Part shown: positions 34,256 to 45,260 of the stretch, piece by piece | How the letters are laid out: each line of letters starts with the position of its first letter | Numbering within the stretch: position 1 is the stretch's first letter | Source of the DNA: Epithemia pelagica | Taxonomy: Eukaryota > Protista > Bacillariophyta | Direction: 5' to 3' | NCBI GenBank assembly: GCA_946965045.2 | Contig: OX337230.1 | Location: 2,480,001 to 2,544,000 of the forward strand | DNA: 64,000 nucleotides | The notes under the pieces: model-generated | What the model was told of the DNA's origin: nothing | Databases searched by the model: none | The model's input: the letters and a program-made list of their open reading frames with translations, nothing else | Translations under genes and position numbers: made by a program

Positions 34256-34894
34256 ATGGACACATCAAAACCGAAGAACATTGGCTTATTAAATTTTTTT
34301 GATTTTGTTAGCAGGACTGCTACAACCTCAATTGAAGATGGTCCAGCAGGCGTTTCCTTCTGTCATATTTGTGAAGAGTACATTCTGTCCGCCAACGACG
34401 AAGAGCATTACCAGTCGCAATGTCACCAACGCAGCTGGAATGAATTTTGTAGTCGAATCGAAAACATTTTGGAAATCCGAGATGATGCGGTGAATACCAC
34501 AAGAACAATACCACAAGTCCATTGGCAAAACAGGATTTACGAGAGTATTGGAAGAGCTGTGGCCACAGATGACAAAACACTGATGGAACGTGCGAAGCAG
34601 CTTCGCTCCTGGTACAAGCATTTGGAATGCATTTCCTTGTTGGAACTCGCGTTATGGAAGTTCTGCTGTGTACCCCTACAGCAGCAGCAAAAACAATCAA
34701 GGAAGCATGACAACCATGAACACAACATCGGCCTCAAATCCTTGTTGGAGTGGAAATTGTGGGAAAAGAGTGGTTGGAAGGTCTACAAAAAGCTACACTT
34801 TCGTTGTAATGAAGTCGTCATTCACATGAATGCCATTCTTCCGTTTCTTCCGTACCAAGAACAACATCAGGGAGACACCTATGAGCTACCTTAA
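34256..34894 (+). CDS. Small protein with a U1/matrin-like C2H2 finger and a diatom-type LLELALWK...ILPFL C-terminal domain
   Basis: CHIC-x12-H-x5-H; SLLELALWK and AILPFL resemble a C-terminal module of diatom ankyrin-type families (recalled, not searched). Confidence 0.6.
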   Translation: MDTSKPKNIGLLNFFDFVSRTATTSIEDGPAGVSFCHICEEYILSANDEEHYQSQCHQRSWNEFCSRIENILEIRDDAVNTTRTIPQVHWQNRIYESIGRAVATDDKTLMERAKQLRSWYKHLECISLLELALWKFCCVPLQQQQKQSRKHDNHEHNIGLKSLLEWKLWEKSGWKVYKKLHFRCNEVVIHMNAILPFLPYQEQHQGDTYELP

Positions 34895-35473
34895 GTGTGA
34901 AATCAAACACTTTCGGTACTTCTGGGATTATAGACTACCGCTTTTATGATTTAGAATCCTCCTATGTTTTCATGCCGGTACGTAGATGATGTGAGCAACC
35001 CAGATGTCAGATTCCGGTAGGGCCTCAAATAGAATACTATCGGTTATTTCATCTTCAAACAAAATGATTCTCCTTGGATAACTACCTAGACTGCCGCGGA
35101 GTGTACTGGATTGTCTCTAAGAAAAAAATACAAAAAGTTGCCGAGTGTAGTCAACCTGCAGGCAATGGGTAGTCTGACATAGGAGTAGCTAGTAACTATG
35201 TGCTGTTGAAATGTAGGGAATCGCTTTAAGTCATGCACCCTAAACATGACACTACCACAGGTAGTTCTGCTCTATTTCAACATGAGATCGAATCGACCCA
35301 TCCTTCGACTCAAGTCCGCTTAAAGCAAACCTCTCAGGACCAGTATCGATGTGCAAACCTCACACATTGGTTGGATTATCATCTAAGCTATAACCACTAG
35401 GCCAAGATGTACCTAAATGATCATGGAATTACTGCATTCTATTCCATAGAACGAGAGATCTCCCAACACCTAT
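34797..35473 (+). repeat. Segmental duplication copy A (~677 bp)
   Basis: Near-identical (estimated >95%) direct copy at 38082-38757; weaker homology continues to ~35900 versus ~39190. Confidence 0.93.
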
Positions 35474-36971
35474 GGAATACGGAAATATACCAGGGGCTCA
35501 AATATGGTTGCATTCTATTCCATACAAGAGATCCCCGAACGCCTATAGTAATATAATACTGGAATACGCAAATATACCACAAATATATGTTCATCGATAC
35601 AGGATATAATGAAGATTCTGTATTGAGGCTCAAGTTAGAATGTATATTGTTGTATGGGAATTCCAAATATGGTATGGTAGGAAATGACACTGGACATGCA
35701 GGAAATATTCCATCTTATGAGATGAAAACGTCATGACTTTGATGGTGTCGTTAAGGTTGCACTTTGATCTCTAGCCTATCTCCCACTCTAGTAACCAGAA
35801 TAGTTAGAACTCCACCAATCATCAAGCGTCTGACAACGTCAAACTGTGGGTGGCGAGTGGCGAGGCGTCATACGTCTATAACAATCGCTGACGTACTAAG
35901 TATTACCCATCAGTGTCGGCGATATCTCATGGCATGACATGGAAACGTCATGGATGAAGGGTGACGTCAGAACTGTTTGCACTGCCCGACCTGGCATACA
36001 TAGGTACGCAACACAAGGACTGCGATATCTGATGTGATGACATGGTGCGATGCGAACTGTCTGCACAGCCGGCCGCCGATGAAACGTGTAACATATGCTG
36101 ATGGCATGCATCTAATTAGGTACTAAGGTACCTATCAATCATCATTACCGTCTGCATCGCTCTTCCTTGGAGAGGGTTTCATCGCCTTTCCTGATTTCAG
36201 TTCCTTTTTGGCTTTCTCGCCTTGTCTAACCACGCTCTTTAAACTCTTCGTCCGCCTCGTCTTCTCTGCCAATTCCGCCTCAGAGTAGCGTCAGCATAAA
36301 ATAATGATTCATGCCATGAAATGACATCACCATGCTTGGTGAGTTTACTTGGAATGGGGCAACTATGATCATAGGAGTAAGGTAGAAGTAGCTACGGCTG
36401 GTAGTAAAGTCTATTCTTCCAGCTGCCGCGCGTACCCGCTAGGGTACGGGCGACCGACCGCGCTGGCGCCATGACACTGGAATCATGGAGCGGGGGGACA
36501 GCCGCGTGTGACAAGGCGCCACATAGACGAACCGCTTTTTGGGCCCCATAACCACCTAATCACAGCTACGCCTGGTAGTAATCTTTAGTTACTAGAAGGT
36601 CACGGTCGCTGTTTGGTCAACCAAAGGTTAGTCGCACATATAGAGTGAGAATGGAGGGGGCGGGGTCGTGTTAATTTGACAAAGGTGGAGTCAAGTACTG
36701 GTTCTCATCCCGTGAAATGACATCACAGCCCGCCATCGATGAAATTTCGATGGATGGTTTGGTGAAATGTTGGGGGCAAATTGGGGGTGGGACAGGCTCT
36801 TATACCAGCTTCATGGGTCGCACTCCTACAAACAACGTTGAACCTAACACAGCATTCTATTGAAAGTTGAATTGGATCATGGAGTCTTCTTATACATTCG
36901 GCCGTAAGTTCCTGACATCGCTACGCTGTTGGCATGCATCGGTTTGTGTGCGCAATCCCTCCAACGTTCAC

Positions 36972-38054
36972 ATGGAGCATGTTGTTGTATTCGGAGGAGA
37001 TGTTGATCGCTCGAGATCGAGGGACTCCCGAACACAGCCAGATTACGAAGCAAAGGACGAAGTGTTCCATCTCGCCACTGTGGATGACCATCAGCTGTGG
37101 ACTCCCGGTCCAAGAATGAACTATGCACGATCGGAACATGCTGGTGTTCTTTGCAATGGTAGTGTTTACGCCATAGGCGGGGAAGACACTCACACCATCG
37201 AGAGGATTCAAGTTGCGGACCTCCTCAATACTACAATCAACAAAACTTGGACAACGTTGGCATGTAAGGTGTCAAAAGGCCGAGGCCTTACTGCTACAAC
37301 TGTGAAGAATCGATATATTGTTGTAAGTATTGGTTATGGAGAAATTGATATTGTCGACACAGAGGCCGAGGCTGTAACTAAGTGTCCAAAGAAGATGAAT
37401 AATGGCTGGACGACCTGTGGACTAGCATCAATTGGAAGCCGGATTTATGCTGTCGGGCCGTGAGTATAATCCTATGGAATCTTTTGAGTTCGAAGAGCAT
37501 CCAACTCTTTCACGAAAGGCGATGAAACCCTCTCCAGAGGAAAGGAAGTCAGAAGACAATTCTACGGATGAAGATGCCTCTGAGGCAGAATCGGTAGAGA
37601 CAACTACGGAGGATGAAGATGTCTCTGAGGCAGAATCGGTAGAGACGACTATGGAGGATGAAGATGTCTCTAAGGCGGAATCGGTAGAGGAAACGAGGAC
37701 GCAGATGAAGAGATTTCAGACACACTATGATATCTTTTTTGACGATGTCGAGTTTACAAATGCCATACGAGTTGGCACATGTCTACTTGCGGTAAATGAC
37801 CTGGGTGTATGGTCGGTTAATCCAATGAAAGAACAACAATGGAAGCATCTACAAGAATCACCATCGCTTTTTGGCCAAGCATCTTACAGCTGTCACGAGG
37901 AGTGGCTGTGATTGGAAGTGACCTAGGCGGCAAGAAAGAGTTTCAGATCCATGTTCTTCCCATCACAGACAAGAACTCTGCAGTGTTTTCTATGCTGAAA
38001 AAGTCAAAGTCAGACGAATCCGGATCCAGCACCACTAGTATTATTCTAGAGTAA
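36972..38054 (+). pseudogene. Kelch-repeat protein pseudogene
   Basis: VVVFGG, WTPGPRMNYARSEHAGVLCNGSVYAIGG and IGSRIYAVG; coding continues across frameshifts at ~37455 and ~37870. Confidence 0.75.
37564..37695 (+). repeat. 45-bp coding minisatellite, 3 copies (EDEDVSEAESVETTT)
   Basis: GAGGATGAAGATGTCTCTGAGGCAGAATCGGTAGAG is repeated; the first unit is 42 bp. Confidence 0.9.
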
Positions 38055-38081
38055 TGTCCAAGTAAGAGTTCATCAGTCGTT

Positions 38082-38757
38082 ACTTTCGTTGTAATGAAGT
38101 CGTCATTCTCATGAATGCCATTCTTCAGTTTCTTCCGTACCAAGAACAACATCAGGGAGACAGCTATGAGCTACCTTAAGTGTGAAATCGAACACTTTCG
38201 GTACTTCTGGGGTTATAGACTACTGCTTTTATGATTTAGAATCCTCCTATGTTTTCATCCCGGTACGTAGATGATGTGAGCAACCCAGATGTCAGATTCC
38301 GGTAGGGCCTCAAATAGAATACTATCGGTTATTTCATCTTCAAACAAAATGATTCTCCTTGGATAACTACCTAGACTGCCGCGGAGTGTACTGGATTGTC
38401 TCTAAGAAAAAAATACAAAAAGTTGCCGAGTGTAGTCAACCTGCAGGCAATGGGTAGTCTGACATAGGAGTAGCTAGTAACTATGTGCTGTTGAAATGTA
38501 GGGAATCGCTTTAAGTCATGCACCCTAAACATGACACTACCACAGGTAGTTCTGCTCTATTTCAACATGAGATCGAATCGACCCATCCTTCGACTCAAGT
38601 CCGCTTAAAGCAAACCTCTCAGGACCAGTATCGATGTGCAAACCTCACACATTGGTTGGATTATAATCTAGGTATAACCACTAGGCCAAGATGTACCTAA
38701 ATGATCATGGAATTACTGCATTCTATTCCATAGAACGAGAGATCTTCCAGCACCTAT
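38082..38757 (+). repeat. Segmental duplication copy B
   Basis: Direct copy of 34797-35473 at an offset of about 3285 bp. Confidence 0.93.
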
Positions 38758-39716
38758 ACCAATATAATATGAACTCAAGTTGGTATGTATATTGTCGTAT
38801 ACAAATTCAAAATATGGTATGGTATGATATGAAAAGGACGTCATCGAAATATTCATCTTATGATATAATAAATGATAATCATCTCAGAAGGCTGACGTAC
38901 TTCTTAGATTCTTGTTAGTGCTAAAAGACCACCTACGCACTTGCTGAGCCCCATCACATCGCTCCGACACCTATTCATCGCATTGCGATATCTCATTCGA
39001 TGACATGGAATCGTTGACAAGCCCGCCATCGATGAAGCCCCTGACATATGCTGATGATGGGCATCTAGTTAGTTACTAAGGTTGCACCTGGATATCTAGC
39101 CTATATCACAGTCAAGTAATCAGAATAGCTAAAACTCCACCAATCATCAAGCGTCGAGATATGTCATACGTCTATAACAATCGCTGACGTACTTCATCGC
39201 ATTGCGGTATCTCATTCCATGACATGGAAACGTTGCCAAACCCGCCATCGATGAAGCCCCTAAAATATGATGATGATGTGCATCTAGTTAGGTTCGTTAC
39301 CTCTCAATTTCACGATGTGTCATGATTTGGTGGTACGTTTATAACAGCAGCTAAGGCACTCACTCCTAGTATTTAGTACTCCTAGCATCACCATAAAGCA
39401 GTCGCGAAAACTTACAAATCTTAGTGTGATTCGTTCTGTCACGATTCGAACGTCACGGTACATGGTGTTATTATCCATGATGTCTGGACGTCGACCCACT
39501 TCAGCACCATTGCCTGTCGTTTTTATCATCGTCACTGCTCAAAAGGGATCTACCGCCGACATCATCAATTATTGATATTAAGTAGAGTACTGGAACGATT
39601 CTACTTTAAACTTTGCAAGTTACAACGCAACCCAAATCTGTATAACAGTACTTGTACAGGTAGAAGAATTACAGATTCCGGCAGGTGATTGACGCTGATC
39701 TATTACATCTATTACA

Positions 39717-40580
39717 ATGGCCTTCGACATGGCTTGTATAAGCGTGGAAGAATTTCACCAACGCTGGGAGAGAGCCGCTCACAATATCACTGGGTTTCAC
39801 TCAACACAAGAAATTGAGTGCCAACCGGATGTAACTCGAGCCAACAACCGTCTACATGGATCCAAAAATAAGCAGAGAAACGCACAGTACGGTCGTCTCT
39901 TACCAGGGGCTACCGACGAAATGCTGTCCGAATGTCTTCAAGTACGAGAAACCGACATTTTCGTTGACATCGGCCATGGTTTGGGGAACGCAGTAATGCA
40001 GGCGGCCTATACCCACGGTTGTACAAGTCGAGGTATCGAGCTTGTGACAGAGCGGTACGATCTTTCTCTCAAGTTTCAACGGGAATTGGAAGAATTTGCT
40101 GGACGAGTACCGGTGGAGCTTAGAAACGGTCAACTACAAGAGGTCAAACATCGGAATTTTCTAACGGAGTCGGGAAAACATGTCATGAAGGTATTCTGTA
40201 ACAATGATGGCAACGTGTTTGGAGCACGTTCGGCGTTACAAGCTCCATATCTAAATGATTTTGTCGCAGGGCTTTTCGCTTCCATGAAGGAAGGGTCGAA
40301 GATTGTTACGTTTGATCCATTAACTTTTCAGGTTGGTCCACTGGATGACGTCAACAAAGAACGGAACAAGTTCAAAATGAAAACCTCTGAACATTCATCG
40401 TTCTATACAATGGAACGGAAAGTTCTTGGACCACAAAATCAGTGCGTATCATGGTCGGAAGGTGGAGTTAATGACTCTCAGATGACAATGTTTGTGTACA
40501 CGAGAGTTGGACAGGACTCTACTTTTATTTACAGTGTGCCAATGTGTCGCAAGAACTTAAACAACACTACCCAAATATAG
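39717..40580 (+). CDS. DOT1-like (H3K79-type) SAM-dependent methyltransferase, possibly C-terminally truncated
   Basis: QYGRL, FVDIGHGLGN (SAM motif I), RGIEL, KVFCNN, KIVT, VSW and YTRV match DOT1 core order; a Cys-containing frame continues after the TAG to 40652. Confidence 0.8.
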   Translation: MAFDMACISVEEFHQRWERAAHNITGFHSTQEIECQPDVTRANNRLHGSKNKQRNAQYGRLLPGATDEMLSECLQVRETDIFVDIGHGLGNAVMQAAYTHGCTSRGIELVTERYDLSLKFQRELEEFAGRVPVELRNGQLQEVKHRNFLTESGKHVMKVFCNNDGNVFGARSALQAPYLNDFVAGLFASMKEGSKIVTFDPLTFQVGPLDDVNKERNKFKMKTSEHSSFYTMERKVLGPQNQCVSWSEGGVNDSQMTMFVYTRVGQDSTFIYSVPMCRKNLNNTTQI

Positions 40581-41499
40581 TATGTTGTCAACGACAATAA
40601 CGAGATGCTTGTAAAGGGATGCCCTTGTAAGCGGACGATGCGGTCACGCTGACTGGTACCCAAGAATATGGCCAGTAAAGACGGGTCGAATTCAAGCAAC
40701 GTCGAAGACAAAACGTCTTGCCAAAGATCAGTCAAGAAAGCTCGTTATGAATACAAACTAACTCTCTAATATGGTCGACTGTCATTTGCACCTGAATAGA
40801 CTGACTATTGTAACAATCCTTCTTGCCTTCTACCCACTTAGTTTCCGCATAGTCTCGATTCTGACTACACTTTTCGTCCTTGATGTTTCATGTCATGAAA
40901 TGACATCGATCATGTCTCGGAGATATCTCAAGTCATGACATGGAAACGTCATCGATGAAGGGTGGCTAGCCTGAGTTAGGTTAACAACCAAGTTTCCACA
41001 GTAACACTAGCTAAAAATAATGTTTTCGCGCGTAATCGGCTTCCCACCAACGGGTAGTAGCCCTAACATAGGTAGTAACTATGTGCTGTTGAAATGATTA
41101 CGCATCGCTCTAAGTTATGCACCCTAAAGTTGACACTCCCAAACACTACTAGCTTGCAAATAAGAGTCCTATCCCGCGTGACTCGTAACCTTATACCTAA
41201 TCAAGCAACTACGGCCTCGGGACTCGTGGTCGTGAGCGCGCTAATCTAGCTATGAGCTGTTTTTCGTCCTATAAAATATAGGAGTACTCCCAGTTCTTCG
41301 ATAGTTTGTACTGTGCAAAGTCCATGTTCTAGCTCCCAGTTCTCTGGTGTTGTAGACGCGCCTTCAGTCAGAAGATAGTTTGTACGTCACCTATATGGGG
41401 CAACTCATAGATTAGTGTTTACGAGGTTAATTGTTGATGCTGTGCGTAGGTGTGGACGCTTCGTAACTGTTTACCTGTTCCTCGTCAATCGCGTCTATT

Positions 41500-41995
41500 G
41501 TTCTATGTTCTATCCGTGCGACAGACCACCTATGCACGAACCATCATCATGTCTGACATGTATTTCATTGCAAGATGCCATCTCATTCCGTGACATGCCA
41601 ACGTCATTGATGAAGGGTGACGTGCGGAGGGAGTCGAAACTTTTTCATTGAAGAAGAGATTTCATTCCATGACATGACAACGTGATTAGTCAGGGATGAC
41701 GTGTTTGGAGAGTCCAAACCATGATGTATCAGTGCGACAGACCACCTATGCACCAACCATCATCATGTCTGACATGTATTTCACTGCAAGATGCCATCTC
41801 ATTCCGTGACATGCCAACGTCATTGATGAAGGGTGACGTGCGGAGAGAGTCGAAACTTTTTCATTGAAGGGGAGATTTGAGAATACATAGCTTGATGTTC
41901 TATGCGTGCGACAGACATGTCTGACATCTATTTCATTCGAACGCGGGATCTCATTTCGTGACACGCCACAGTGATTGGTGAAGGGTGACGTGTGG
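41500..41995 (+). repeat. Second array of the same monomer (4 copies)
   Basis: Same core as the 32.2-33.9 kb array; 41516-41652 is duplicated at 41732-41869 with few differences. Confidence 0.9.
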
Positions 41996-43187
41996 AGGCC
42001 GCTTCTTGACGTCAGAATCGGATGACGAATCAGCGGTAAATCTATAACAGAGAAACACGATTCCACATCAGATAGCTTGAATAACCAGATGCATCTTGAA
42101 TCTTGAACCCCATGTGCAAGGTAGCAAGGACGACTCTGTTCAAAAGCATACTACAGGCAATAGCAATAACTTGAGATCATCAGAGTTGGAATTTTATCGT
42201 CTATAAACTTTGCTATCTACAAAAGATGGGTTTTAGTAGGTTCTCACATATGCATGCGTCCATGTTCACACGTCTTTGAGATCTTGGAAGTCGAAATAAC
42301 ACTATTATTTCTTCCCAGTCAACTTTCCACTAAATCAATGTCGACTTGGCATGATAGCTATATAGAACATTAGCTAGCACTGCTAGTCCTCTATCTTTGT
42401 CTAGGTTAACGTCCACCTACTTCAACAACCATAGGCAGTATAGGTAGCACTCGTGAGTCCGGTTTTGCAATGCCGGAGGATATATCTCAGAAGGCTGACG
42501 TACTACTCCTCAGAATTTAGTTCAGTGAGATTCTCATGCCATGAAATGGCATCGACATCAGCATCATAAAATAATGATGTTGAATACAAAGCTACCCATT
42601 CGACAGGTCGTGACAAGCGTTCTCTCCAACATGTTGAGAGCTTCAACACGTCTGCGACTTGTCCGCCATAATTCTACTATAAATAGCTGTACTATGATGT
42701 GTCAAGATTATGTAGTAGACCTGCATAATCATTGATGTCCCATGTCAAAAGATCTCATCAAGGATCTCGCATGTCATGACATGGCACAGTACTTTGACAA
42801 CACGTACCCCCGTCTTCTATGGATGCGACGACCACCGTATGTCTGGCATCGATTTCATTAGAAGGCGGTATCTCATAACATAACATGGTAAAATCATCAG
42901 TGAAGGATGACGTGCATAATGCAATCAAGCCCAGGTGCAAACTGGGTAGCACTGGCAGGAAACGAAACTGCCGTATGAGGTGATGAGTCTGGTTGGGCCG
43001 GAGGTGCCACAGGTGCAACTACTGGATCTTTGCTCTAGCTAGTAGCTAGGCTCCCTAGACTGGCTCCGCTGCACTTATTACGGAGGAGAGACTACCTGTG
43101 CTACCATGACAAAAACAATGACTGATATTATGGATCACATGCTTTTACGAGTAATATTATTACGTTATATCCGAATACCACCCAACA

Positions 43188-44660
43188 TTACCAACACAAA
43201 ATGGCCAAGCAAAATTTATTTATGCCTGCACCACCTCGTCCATTTTCGGGATTCTTTTCATAATTGGTAAAGACTTTGCGGACTTCCAACAGTGAACTTT
43301 CACCTCGGGAGAAAACATCCTTATGAAAGCCCACTGCATGTTGCACCAGTGTCAATTTGTATTGTAGAGCGCAATGAGTGATCCATGTTCTGTTCTTTCC
43401 GAACGCAAGCTTCATCACATTGAGTTCTCGTTGAATAGCAGCCGATAAAATTGGAGGGATAATACTCCAAAACTTAAAGTTGATGACACGTAGGACCTGT
43501 ACCGCAACAAATTTCAATGTCGTCATTTCCAACACCCGACGACAGTTCTGAAAAGCCTTCAGATTCTTCTGGATTCTCCCACCAACAACAGGTTGCCCAT
43601 ATCTCATTTTGCAGGTTTGACTAGTCCAAGGAGAAATATAAAAGCCATACCAATCCAGCTGATTCTGCACAAGCTTCACACCAGGGCTTTTTTGTGGGAA
43701 AGTAATCGGTACATTCAAAAACTTACTCATGTTTCCATTGAATTCTGTTCTGCCTGATGATCCTGCGCTTCTAGCGCAGTTGAAGCCTCCATGTGACAAC
43801 ATACCATCTTCAGACATGTGGTTGTAGAGACGGGTTGTTTCACTGTGTTTCATCAGACGCTTTCGGTTATGAATACGAAGAAGAACAAGAATGCAAACAT
43901 TACAATTCTCTGGCTGGTAAGCAACCACAGAGACGTCAGATTCCGGTAGGGCCTCAAATAGAATACTCTCGGTTACTTCATCGTCAAACAACCTGTTGCT
44001 TCCCTTTCGTTTTTCATCGAACAGTTTTCTTTTCTGCTTAATAATGTACAGATCAACCGTATATTTTTGTATTGCCCGACCAACTTGCACCTTTTTCACA
44101 AAACATTCGGTGGATAGCTTCGTATAGAGGTACCTACACTCTTACCATTTCTTGGGGTACAATCCTTTTTCCTGCGCCTTCAAACAGCACTCAATATCGG
44201 GCACTGCATGCCACAAGCCTTCATATCTGCCATTGTCTTGTCCCAATGAATGAATATCCGTCTCATTCGACTTCGGAGGGCCAATAAAAAGCATAATCTC
44301 CGGCAAGAATAGCAACCCATCAATACTAGCCGTTGTAGATATAGGCAGGTTTCGTCCATCCTTCTTCTTCTCATGTACATTCAACTTATATTCACAACAA
44401 TGGCCAATGAAACTGGCAGGCTGTAGTCCATTCTTCACGAAGGGTAGAACTTCATTATACCATTTGTCGTGTTCACATCGCTCGGCTTTCATTCGCTTGG
44501 TTATCTTCTTTAAACAATAACCACATACCACCCTCCCACAATTTGTACACATTAGAGTGTTGCTTCCTCCACGCAACGGATCATCTGAGCATTCCAAATT
44601 TTCTCTTCTCCATCTGTGTTTACGTTTTTCCTCGACTGTATGACGTGAGCAAAACAAACA
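43188..44660 (-). pseudogene. Cys-rich (PHD/ADD-like) finger plus uncharacterised HxD-containing domain, ~490 codons with one in-frame stop
   Basis: Track ORFs 44142-44657 and 43188-44099 share a frame and are separated only by TAA (44142-44144). Motifs CLFC, CTNCGRVVCGYC and GHCC; C-terminal AVGFHKDVF. No in-frame ATG seen. Confidence 0.65.
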
Positions 44661-44804
44661 TTCCTCCGTTTTTCATGTTTTATGACGAAACGATCCCGGT
44701 TAATGAAATGCGATCTCCCATGTCAAGAAATGAAAACTTCAAAATGTGGGTGGCGAGGCGCCAGGATTCATCAATCCTGTCACTCTTCATGGCAAGCTGC
44801 GCTG

Positions 44805-45260
44805 CCAGTACTCACCTCACCCTTCATCGATAACGTTCGACGTCAGAATTGGATGAGGAATCAGCCCTAAATCAACGTCAGCGAACAATGAGACCACATC
44901 AGATAACCTGAATAAGCAGATGCATCTTGGATCGTCGCCAGCTAGCTGTAACATGCATAGGGTAGCTAAACTCATCACTAGTACGATGCTTGTCATCTCC
45001 CATGTCATAAAATGACATCTGCATCATAAACTAGGTGGCACAGTCATTAGACACATATATACGTGACACAAACCACCTACGTTCGCACGATATGCTACTT
45101 AACCCTAAGTGCGTCTGAGGGGGGACTTGGGTCATACCTAGATGCGTGTCATCAGCATATTATGTTAAGGGTTTCATTGCTGGCAAACTGTGCAAACAGT
45201 TCTCATGTCACCCTTCATCGTTGACGTTTCCATGTCATGACATGAGATATCGCAATCCCA
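44805..45260 (-). repeat. Inverted copies of the array monomer
   Basis: 45188-45255 reverse-complements to GCGATATCTCATGTCATGACATGGAAACGTCAACGATGAAGGGTGACATGAGAACTGTTTGCAC, matching the + copy at ~35920-35980; partial inverted copy at ~44810-44835. Confidence 0.8.

Noticed and set aside
44091-44145. GTAAG...AG intron that might remove the stop in the Cys/HxD ORF
   Set aside because: The 55-bp candidate shifts the frame and the only nearby frame-preserving acceptor gives a 12-bp intron, so a nonsense mutation is more parsimonious.
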